This document shows, piece by piece, positions 55,101 to 64,000 of a stretch of 64,000 nt of DNA. The notes under the pieces were generated by a model that ran no database searches, was not told where the DNA came from, and saw nothing but the letters and a program-made list of their open reading frames with translations. Positions within the stretch are counted from its first letter, which is position 1, and every line of letters begins with the position of its first letter. The DNA lies in contig OZ024741.1 in the NCBI GenBank assembly GCA_964016885.1, positions 214,458,001-214,522,000 of the forward strand. The letters run 5' to 3'. The stretch comes from Eledone cirrhosa. Taxonomy: Eukaryota. The position numbers were made by a program, and so were the translations under genes.

Positions 55101-57848
55101 AAGGGAGTTAACAGATAAACTAGAAGAGGCGATTAGGAGCGGAGACGTAGCCAGAGTGTTAGCGGCAAGAACGGCGTTGAGCCAGTTCTTTGACGCGAAG
55201 CACGAAGGCTGCGTTGCCCGAAGTAAAATACGTGCTTTAGGAAACGAGGGGACCAAAGCTGTTAGCTGGGCCCGCGTGACAGAAGCCAAGAGTGGGATTA
55301 AATCCACCATTCGGTCTTTGCGAGACCAGGATGGACGGATGATCCTTGAACCTGAGCGGATGTGCGAGGCCTTTCAAAGGCACTTTGCTCGACTGTTCGG
55401 AGGGGGCGGGGGGCCGGACGGGGATGTGGACTTCGGTCCATACCTCGACGGTCTACCGCGTCTTTCGAGCGGCGAAGCGGAGTGCTGCGAAAGGCCAATC
55501 ACAGCCACTGAAATCGGGGAAGCGCTCAGCCAATGCAGCAGACGCAAATCTCCGGGTCTCGATGGTCTACCATACGAACTTTATTTAGCTATGCCGGTCT
55601 TGTTCTCCGAACTCCTCGAGGCTGTCTATTGCAACTGGCAACAGAACGGGAGAATTCCCTGTTCTGTGACCAAGGGCGTGGTCACGCTAGTGAGGAAGGA
55701 CGAGAGCAAGGGGGACGACTTAAGTAACTTTAGGCCCATAACTCTGCTGAATGCAGAGTTACAGATTTTGGCCAAGGTGTTGGCGAAGAGGTTGGCGCTT
55801 GTGGTGGGTGGTTTGGTGGGAGACGCGCAGACATGCGCTATCCCGTCCAGGTCCATTCACGACAACCTCCACCTCATGCGATACATCATAGAGAGGGTTG
55901 GCAACGAACCCGGCTTTGGTGGGGCCCTGATCAACTTGGTTCAATCTAAGGCGTTCGATAGGGTCGACCATGGTTACCTGGATGCGGTGCTAGCGGCGGC
56001 GGGCTTCGGACCCGTTTTCAGGGGCTGGATTTCTGCCATGCACAGTGGCAACATCTACTCTAGGATTAAAGTAAACGGCTACCTCTCGGAGCCGTTTCAA
56101 ATCACCCGGTCCATCAGACAGGGGTGCCCCCTCTCCTCCCTTCTGTACGTATTGACTCTCGATCCACTGCTGCGGAAGTTGGAGTTGCTGCGGGGCATAC
56201 CCCTGGAACCGGGATTGCACAAAGCGGTCTCGGCCTATGCTGACGACGTAACAGTAATGGTGGCGGACGCCTCGGAAATCGGGGCGATCGCCACCCTAAT
56301 GGAGGAATACGAAAGGCTGACGGGGGCTAGGCTGAACCGGGACAAGTCAGTCGGTTTGCAACTCGGAACGTGGAGGGGCAAACCGATGCCGTTAGACGGT
56401 GTCGTCGGGCGGTGGACGGAGGGCCCGGTGAAGCTGCTCGGGGTCTGGTTCGGACCGGACCTCCAGGTGAAGAAGAATTGGGGCGAGGTGACGAGCAGGG
56501 TGTTTGCGCTGACCCAGAAGTGGGCCAAGTGCAAACTATCACTGAAAGGTCGGGCGGAGGTGACGAACGCTTACATAGCGTCCGTCATCTGCTACCGCCT
56601 GACCGTCGTGCCTTGCCCCAAGGAAAAGATCACCATCATGGAACGCATGCTCTTCCAGTTCCTCTGGAAGAAGCGGCCTCCCATGGTGAGGAGATCCATC
56701 TGCTGCCAGCACCCTTCGAAAGGAGGGCTGGGTATGCCGTGGCTGTTGATGTGTAGGCACGCATTGAGGCTACGGCATCTACAGGTACTCCTCACCGGTC
56801 AGCCGGTGTGGGCCCCGTTTGTGAGGCGAGCCTTCCCACAGCTCGTCTCGCTCACCGAGCTGCAATCCTGGGTGAAGCAAAGACCGAGAAAACTGGGCAA
56901 CTGGCACACCGAGTGTGCCCAGGCGCTCACGGCTATCTGGCAAGCGGACCCGACTGTCAGTGGAGAATCCACCTCGACATTCTATAGAGGGCTGGTGGCT
57001 AGCAGGGGCGACGACACCCTTGGAGAGTCGCTAGGCATGGAGGAGGACGAACTGGCCAGCCTGTTCGGTAGAACTTTCGGCCCGGGACCCATGGACAACT
57101 TCCAGAGGTCCCTAGCCTGGCAGTGTTACCGGGGGGCTCTGCCCGTTCGAGAAAAGCTCTACAGACACGGGCGCCCGGGCAGGGATCCAGCGAAAAAGAT
57201 CTGTCCCAGATGCGTGCGCGACGAGGAAACCGTTGCGCATGCACTGGTACACTGCCCGGGCGTTGCCGATCTGTGGGGCTACGTCGAACGACTGCTGTCG
57301 CGTGTGGCGCCGATTCGATTAACCGCCGAGTCTGTGGTGAACATCAAGCCGCCGCCTCCCTTCAGAAACGAAGCAGAGGCGGTCTTTCTGTGCGTAATAG
57401 CCATGATGAAAGAGGTTGTGTGGTGGACGCGCCTGAAAGGTCTGAGGTCGGGTGACTTTCTCTCTGGCCATCACCTGGTTTACTTCTTCCGATACCACTT
57501 CGGAAGAAGGATCAGGATGGAGAGAGAAGTGCTTGGTCCCAGACAGTTTTATGAAAGGTGGGTGAAAGAAGCGAGAATGGCTCGTGTAAATGGGCCTTCT
57601 CTCTACATTGTTCTGTAGGTGAAGAAGTGAAGAGGAAAGGGGGAGCGCCTCCTCTCTGGGCTTCCCCCGCGAAAAGGGTTGCACACTTTTCGGGGGTATG
57701 TGCAATCCCGAACACGCTCCCTCCCTTTTGAGGACTTTTTATTATTATATTATTATTGTTATTCCTTTTTCTTTACTCGATTTATGTAAACTCCCCCACT
57801 GTGTATTTGACCCCTTCTTTTGTGCCCTCGTGGCAAATAAATAGAAAT
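52199..57848 (+). mobile_element. Tx1-like LINE copy F, full length; ORF1 disrupted, ORF2 with one poly-G frameshift
   Basis: ORF1 52401-~54140; ORF2 54185-54390 + 54463-57618; tail (TCTG/TCTA)n 57851-57888. Confidence 0.93.
54463..57618 (+). CDS. ORF2: APE endonuclease + RT + C-terminal zinc motif
   Basis: Same motifs as 37145-40324; the N-terminus lies in another frame upstream of the G-run at 54374-54387. Confidence 0.93.
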   Translation: MLDVGGGEGGAFRLVGLYAPFGAERADFFQRLETFLGTSRSLLLVGDWNGILDARWDYAGACPDRGGCSSLKGLLDRFDLVDRFRLDCPTAPTWTWANRSGQSRSYLDRFLVRSKDRDVFSCPELIMVGYSDHKLVTCVVNLDRTHRQGPGYWKMNLSLPAKKDYRNRISSLVKMRLTGAIVNSRWWVSLKREIRVSSIGYSKELAANRNRKERELTDKLEEAIRSGDVARVLAARTALSQFFDAKHEGCVARSKIRALGNEGTKAVSWARVTEAKSGIKSTIRSLRDQDGRMILEPERMCEAFQRHFARLFGGGGGPDGDVDFGPYLDGLPRLSSGEAECCERPITATEIGEALSQCSRRKSPGLDGLPYELYLAMPVLFSELLEAVYCNWQQNGRIPCSVTKGVVTLVRKDESKGDDLSNFRPITLLNAELQILAKVLAKRLALVVGGLVGDAQTCAIPSRSIHDNLHLMRYIIERVGNEPGFGGALINLVQSKAFDRVDHGYLDAVLAAAGFGPVFRGWISAMHSGNIYSRIKVNGYLSEPFQITRSIRQGCPLSSLLYVLTLDPLLRKLELLRGIPLEPGLHKAVSAYADDVTVMVADASEIGAIATLMEEYERLTGARLNRDKSVGLQLGTWRGKPMPLDGVVGRWTEGPVKLLGVWFGPDLQVKKNWGEVTSRVFALTQKWAKCKLSLKGRAEVTNAYIASVICYRLTVVPCPKEKITIMERMLFQFLWKKRPPMVRRSICCQHPSKGGLGMPWLLMCRHALRLRHLQVLLTGQPVWAPFVRRAFPQLVSLTELQSWVKQRPRKLGNWHTECAQALTAIWQADPTVSGESTSTFYRGLVASRGDDTLGESLGMEEDELASLFGRTFGPGPMDNFQRSLAWQCYRGALPVREKLYRHGRPGRDPAKKICPRCVRDEETVAHALVHCPGVADLWGYVERLLSRVAPIRLTAESVVNIKPPPPFRNEAEAVFLCVIAMMKEVVWWTRLKGLRSGDFLSGHHLVYFFRYHFGRRIRMEREVLGPRQFYERWVKEARMARVNGPSLYIVL

Positions 57849-57888
57849 TTATCTGTCTGTCTGTCTCTCTGTCTGTCTATCTCTCTCT

Positions 57889-58110
57889 GGGATGGGCACA
57901 TGTGTTAAACTTGCTCGGAAAGTTTTGTTCAAATTTCTTTAGAAATTCGTCATTGTGAACTTTTATTTTTATACCAATTTGTAGAGGGACTGACAAGTCA
58001 ATTTTTGATCTGGTCAGTCTCCCAAAATATCGTGCCCCTCAGGGCAAAAACATCCAACATATTTTCGAAAAATATTTGCAAAGCACTTCAATTTTTAAAA
58101 ATGGCCGAGC
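57889..58110 (+). mobile_element. Tx1-like LINE copy G, 5' UTR only
   Basis: Aligns by eye with the 5' UTR of copy E (46466-46681) up to the aaaATGGC start. Confidence 0.75.
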
Positions 58111-58678
58111 AAATGCACCTGCTTCTTTGTCAATACAAGACGATGGGAAGGGAAAGCCCTGCCTACTTGACCAGCAGGTAGTAGCAGACATGGACAAAGG
58201 AATCCCAGCATTATTGCCTCAACATTTAGAAGAGGAACAAGCTTCAGTTGCTTGTAAGCAACTGAACACGCCTGACGTCACAAACGTCACATGTATCCAC
58301 ACACAGAAGGAAGAATGTGTAGCAAATACTAACACCACCATAAGCAACCAAGTTTACTTGACATTTAAATTAGCTCGACAAATTAACGGAGCCGAATATA
58401 CCAAAGGTATATATTGAGTTAGAAACTCAAAATAGTCTCTTACAATAAAATAGCTCAAGGAAAGAGATTTTTCCGAGCCGTATATCATAATTGAATATAT
58501 ATATATACCTTTGATATATTCGGCTCCGTTAATTTGTCGAGCTAATTTAAATGTCGAGTAAACCTGGCTGCTATTGTTAGTGGTGTGAGTTTGTGAGACA
58601 TGCTAAGTTCTGATACCATGTGCGTTATTATATATACGCACAGTCTTATATTCTTAGAAGTGAGGAGCTTACTAATTT

Positions 58679-58758
58679 TCACTCACTGATGAGCAAAAAT
58701 TGGCAATCCTCTTCACAAATAATTTGCGAAACAGCATAGCCAAACGCTGTATGGGTGA
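58679..58758 (+). ncRNA. Complete type I hammerhead ribozyme
   Basis: Stem I UCACUCA/UGGGUGA; CUGAUGA 58686-58692; stem II GCAAA/UUUGC; GAAAC; stem III ACAGC/GCUGU; GUA cleavage triplet 58749-58751. Confidence 0.88.
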
Positions 58759-58929
58759 TCGCTAGTTACCACAATTCCGGTTTGTATTTATTTTCTTGAT
58801 TTATTCTTAAATTATCTGGCAAACTCTATTGTCCATAGTCAGTATTTTTTTCACCTTAGCGAACCTCGTCCTTACGATTTCAAGACATATATGAATATAT
58901 CTGTTTATCTCTCTCTCTCTCTCTCCCCC

Positions 58930-58991
<62 letters not shown>

Positions 58992-59610
58992 TGGGAGAGA
59001 GAGAGAGAAAGAAAGAGGGAAGCATTGATAGATAGATGTGTGTATGTGTGGTGAGTGGGGTGGTCTCTTTAGATTCTGTGAATGAACACGTGACACGAGA
59101 CCGGAACAACATATGTGGTGATATTTCATTGTTACTGAAACACGTGATCAACTCCACAATGAAACTTCCCCTTATATACATATATTTCTAGAAGAAGAAG
59201 AAGAAGAAGAAGAAGAAATAGACGAAGACGAAGAAGAAGACGAAGAAGAAGAATCGTCATATGTCTCGAGAGAGCAAGATCTTATCAGTTAAGAAAGTGC
59301 TGTAGGAGTTACTTTCGTAGCAGCAAATGGGGCGTAACCCCTCCAGTCTTGTCCCTGGGGTGAGGTGTTTCGGGAGAGATAATGAAATAGCTGTTATGGC
59401 TGCCATCATTGATAAATTATTGTCTTCCTGTGTGTATCTTTGTGTGAGCATGTGTGTGATTGTATAAACACGAATTCACTCAAATAAACATACACACATT
59501 TGTATCTGTGGACGTATATATAGAAATGAATATGTATGCATATATATATATATATTTCGTTTCTGAATTTGTTTAGTAAGATTCTTTATCTGAAATCGTT
59601 CCCAAAGTAT

Positions 59611-59690
<80 letters not shown>

Positions 59691-59729
59691 ATAAATTATA
59701 CAATTATCAAGGTTGTGTTCAAATCATTT

Positions 59730-59781
59730 AATAGCTGACAATCGTTTCTTCCAAACTCTCGTTTGGATTCATCGGAGTATT
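59730..59781 (-). ncRNA. Type I hammerhead motif, CCGAUGA core variant
   Basis: Minus strand: AAUACU-CCGAUGA-A-UCCAAAC-GAGA-GUUUGGA-A-GAAAC-GAUU-GUC-AGCUAUU. Confidence 0.65.
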
Positions 59782-59997
59782 ATCAATGTTTGCACATATA
59801 ATTCACCTCCTATTCAACTGAACAATAATATAGATACATATAAATTGATGTTGTGAGCAACAGTTTCGTATTTTCAGGGTGGAATGGATGCGACATATAT
59901 TTTACGAGAATTGTACAATAATTGTACAAGCATTCAAGTTCAAAATAAAATTAAAATCGAAATTAAATTAAAATCAAAATCAAAATCAAAAGTACGG

Positions 59998-60447
59998 AGT
60001 GGAATACATGCAACAGCTTAAACAAGGGAACAGTCCAAATATTAAAGAGGCATTGAGGAAGCAGTTTTGAGAAAGGAAGAGTGCGATAACAATTCATATG
60101 CAGGTGTGCGGATATTGTGACTGCGTATGTTTATTTCAACATATGTCATGGAAAAGTCTGCAAAAGCTGTTTCTCAGCACACATTAATTCGAACACCATA
60201 AACATCCAACACCCACCATAGACTCTAATACATTAACACAATTGCTTTAACTGCAGTATTTATTCATCTATATATGCATAATAGCTTTGCTTGTCTCCTT
60301 CTCATGTATATGACTTACGCAGTCACAATATCCACACGCCTGCATATGAATTGTTATCGCACTCTTCCTTTTTCAAAACTGCTTCCTCAATGCCTCTTTA
60401 ATATTTGGACTGTTCCCTTTTTTTAACTGTTGCATGTATTCCACTCT
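59998..60447. mobile_element. Inverted repeat (~130-bp arms), probable Penelope-type fold-back
   Basis: Arms ~59998-60127 and ~60316-60447. Confidence 0.65.
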
Positions 60448-61335
60448 ACCGATTCTGCCAATTCACATAATAATAATGAATTTGAAAACTAAACTCCAAA
60501 GAGGGCTCGATAAGGATAAATGTATATCAGATATATAAGAACCGTAGAGCAAATATTTATTAAAATAACAGATTAAAGTTTAAGCAAAGAATCGCTGCTT
60601 TCACCCGTAACGGGATCTTCTGAAACTAAAAAAGTCAATCTGTGAACGCAGAAGTAAATATTTCAAAAAACGTTGCAACCGGAGGAAGACAGGAAGACGA
60701 TACTTTGGTTCGTGGAAACGTTCCCTGGCAAAGAACAGAAAAAAACGAAGATAATACTTCATTATTTGGTGCGGTGAAAACAAAAACAGGTTTATGGTAT
60801 AACTGAAGTCGTAGAGTTAAGAATACGCAAAACTCACGTATACACATAACCAAATGCACATGTACCAGTATATATAATACATACGCAATAACATATACAA
60901 GCAAATATGCGTACGAGAAAGTATACGTACCTTCACAAAACATACAGGTAATATATACTTACCTATACAAATAAGTAATGGTATAAACATAACATATACT
61001 TAGCTACCACATCAAGACGTAAATTATCCGCGTATAGTTCGTACTACCCGTTGGTGAATAATGTGGGGCTGTAATACAGGAAAGTTTTGTGCAATTTATG
61101 TTTACAAGCCGAAATTGCCTCAGATTTTTTGTTTAAGATGTGGTCATTGGCGTAGAGTATTTATATATATATATATATTGGAATAAATGCTCTGAAATAG
61201 CGATATATATGTGAATATAGACATAGAATATTCGAAAATATTCTGTATGTTTATAATAAACATTTTGAAGACCTAATCGCTATAGAATAGAATACGTCAC
61301 GTATTACAATTAGATTCTCGATAAAAGCAAGGGAA

Positions 61336-61378
61336 GTAATCTACGCGTTTCATTCTCGTTAGAAATCATCAGGACTAC
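61336..61378 (-). ncRNA. Type I hammerhead of the 310-bp unit (also 61646-61688, 61956-61998, 62266-62308)
   Basis: GUAGUC-CUGAUGA-UUUCU-AACG-AGAAU-GAAAC-GC-GUA-GAUUAC. Confidence 0.88.
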
Positions 61379-62881
61379 ATATCCAGTGCTTTTATCGAGA
61401 ATGACACAGCTAGAGACTTATAGAATACTTAGCTGTGTACAGGAACTGGTTTGAAAGAGCGGTTGCCGGTCCGGCAGGAATTAGAAATTGGAATAAATGC
61501 TCTGAAATAGCGATATATATGTGAATATAGACATAGAATATTCGAAAATATTCTGTATGTTTATAATAAACATTTTGAAGACCTAATCGCTATAGAATAG
61601 AATACGTCACGTATTACAATTAGATTCTCGATAAAAGCAAGGGAAGTAATCTACGCGTTTCATTCTCGTTAGAAATCATCAGGACTACATATCCAGTGCT
61701 TTTATCGAGAATGACACAGCTAGAGACTTATAGAATACTTAGCTGTGTACAGGAACTGGTTTGAAAGAGCGGTTGCCGGTCCGGCAGAAATTAGAAATTG
61801 GAATAAATGCTCTGAAATAGCGATATATATGTGAATATAGACATAGAATATTCGAAAATATTCTGTATGTTTATAATAAACATTTTGAAGACCTAATCGC
61901 TATAGAATAGAATACGTCACGTATTACAATTAGATTCTCGATAAAAGCAAGGGAAGTAATCTACGCGTTTCATTCTCGTTAGAAATCATCAGGACTACAT
62001 ATCCAGTGCTTTTATCGAGAATGACACAGCTAGAGACTTATAGAATACTTAGCTGTGTACAGGAACTGGTTTGAAAGAGCGGTTGCCGGTCCGGCAGAAA
62101 TTAGAAATTGGAATAAATGCTCTGAAATAGCGATATATATGTGAATATAGACATAGAATATTCGAAAATATTCTGTATGTTTATAATAAACATTTTGAAG
62201 ACCTAATCGCTATAGAATAGAATACGTCACGTATTACAATTAGATTCTCGATAAAAGCAAGGGAAGTAATCTACGCGTTTCATTCTCGTTAGAAATCATC
62301 AGGACTACATATCCAGTGCTTTTATCGAGAATGACACAGCTAGAGACTTATAGAATACTTAGCTGTGTACAGGAACTGGTTTGAAAGAGCGGTTGCCGGT
62401 CCGGCAGAAATTAGAAATTGGAATAAATGCTCTGAAATAGCGATATATATGTGAATATAGACATAGAATATTCGAAAATATTCTGTATGTTTATAATAAA
62501 CATTTTGAAGACCTAATCGCTATAGAATAGAATACGTCACGTATTACAATTAGATTCTCGATAAAAGCAAGGGAAGTAATCTACGCGAGAATGAAACGCG
62601 TAGATTACTTCCCTTGCTTTTATCGAGAATCTAATTGTAATACGTGACGTATTCTATTCTATAGCGATTAGGTCTTCAAAATGTTTATTATAAACATACA
62701 GAATATTTTCGAATATTCTATGTCTATATTCACATATATATCGCTATTTCAGAGCATTTATTCCAATTTCTAATTTCTGCCGGACCGGCAACCGCTCTTT
62801 CAAACCAGTTCCTGTACACAGCTAAGTATTCTATAAGTCTCTAGCTGTGTCATTCTCGATAAAAGTAAAAGCACTGGATAT

Positions 62882-62924
62882 GTAGTCCTGATGATTTCTA
62901 ACGAGAATGAAACGCGTAGATTAC
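62882..62924 (+). ncRNA. Type I hammerhead in the inverted copies (also 63192-63234)
   Basis: Same sequence on the + strand; predicted cleavage after 62918 and 63228, 310 nt apart. Confidence 0.88.
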
Positions 62925-63354
62925 TTCCCTTGCTTTTATCGAGAATCTAATTGTAATACGTGACGTATTCTATTCTATAGCGATTAGGTCTTCAAAATGT
63001 TTATTATAAACATACAGAATATTTTCGAATATTCTATGTCTATATTCACATATATATCGCTATTTCAGAGCATTTATTCCAATTTCTAATTTCTGCCGGA
63101 CCGGCAACCGCTCTTTCAAACCAGTTCCTGTACACAGCTAAGTATTCTATAAGTCTCTAGCTGTGTCATTCTCGATAAAAGCACTGGATATGTAGTCCTG
63201 ATGATTTCTAACGAGAATGAAACGCGTAGATTACTTCCCTTGCTTTTATCGAGAATCTAATTGTAATACGTGACGTATTCTATTCTATAGCGATTAGGTC
63301 TTCAAAATGTTTATTATAAACATACAGAATATTTTCGAATATTCTATGTCTATA

Positions 63355-63403
<49 letters not shown>

Positions 63404-63463
63404 TTATTGAGTAAAATGACAGGAGGCTGGACTGGTGAAATTCCTTCAAAGATTTATTATAGC

Positions 63464-63525
63464 AAACACTATCTACATTTCAGTGACCAAGTTCAGTAGG
63501 ATCCTGGTGACATCATCAGGTGTTT
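63464..63525 (-). ncRNA. Type I hammerhead with GAAAU...AUA variant
   Basis: Minus strand: AAACAC-CUGAUGA-U-GUCACCAGG..CUUGGUCAC-U-GAAAU-GUAG-AUA-GUGUUU. Confidence 0.7.
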
Positions 63526-64000
63526 ATTGCATAAAAGTTATATAATAAAGGAATAATGGTAAACACAATCCAAGAGGCTAAAAAGCAGAGAGAAATCTTT
63601 AAGACTCGAAGGCGGTCAGGGCCAGTTGTTGTCAGTTTGGTTTACCACCTTCAAGTGAGGAATCTACTTAATTTCGTCTTGCTGGTTTGGTCAGGGGATG
63701 TATGCTTATTGTACATAGTACCCTGCCGGTAGGGTTAGGGGGCCTGTAGATGTAGTACGTCTACTACTACCACGCATCCGCTCACTGCTATATGGACACA
63801 TGCTAGTGGTAAACGAGATCAAGTTACACAGAAAAAAAAAGTATATATATTGTTATATATGTATATATATATGGGTAGCTGGTTGAATTCTTCGTTTGGC
63901 GCGAATTCCTTTGTTTGAACTTACCCACGAAACGATGTGTTTTAGTGTACGATGGGATTCTTCCTCTTTTTCATTAGAGGCAGATTGTGAGAATGACAAG

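Larger units (their letters stand above)
61178..63359 (-). mobile_element. Hammerhead-containing 310-bp tandem repeat (non-LTR retrozyme-like concatemer) with an inverted 5' portion
   Basis: Unit starts at 61178, 61488, 61798, 62108 and 62418; inversion at 62586/62587; (TA)n on both sides; six complete hammerheads. Confidence 0.9.

Noticed and set aside
37339-57715. Many antisense and alternate-frame ORFs recurring in each LINE copy
   Set aside because: Shadow ORFs of GC-rich ORF2; recurrence reflects copy similarity, with no independent motif.
35310-58110. Telomeric retrotransposon array
   Set aside because: No TTAGGG-type repeats, and ordinary genomic sequence continues on both sides.

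Overview
Eukaryotic, AT-rich, (TA)n-microsatellite-saturated animal DNA. The SINE families and repeat landscape suggest a cephalopod (octopus-like) genome, which is an inference. Nearly all short six-frame ORFs are microsatellite or antisense artefacts. Main content: (1) a 2.2-kb cassette (61178-63359) of a near-identical 310-bp unit, each carrying a type I hammerhead ribozyme, with ~4.5 direct and ~2.5 inverted copies and a 34-nt unpaired 3' tail in (TA)n; it looks like a non-LTR retrozyme concatemer inserted by Penelope-type machinery. (2) A ~22.8-kb head-to-tail array of seven Tx1/L1-clade LINE copies (35310-58110), separated by (TATC)n-type tracts. (3) A 5'-truncated Naiad-type Penelope-like element (RT + GIY-YIG) with a downstream long-stem hammerhead. 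(4) Over a dozen fold-back Penelope-type mini-insertions in (TA)n, several with hammerheads, and one carrying a tRNA-like cloverleaf. (5) SINEs, MITEs and RTE/CR1 fragments. (6) Four phase-compatible candidate exons of a minus-strand host gene near the left end.
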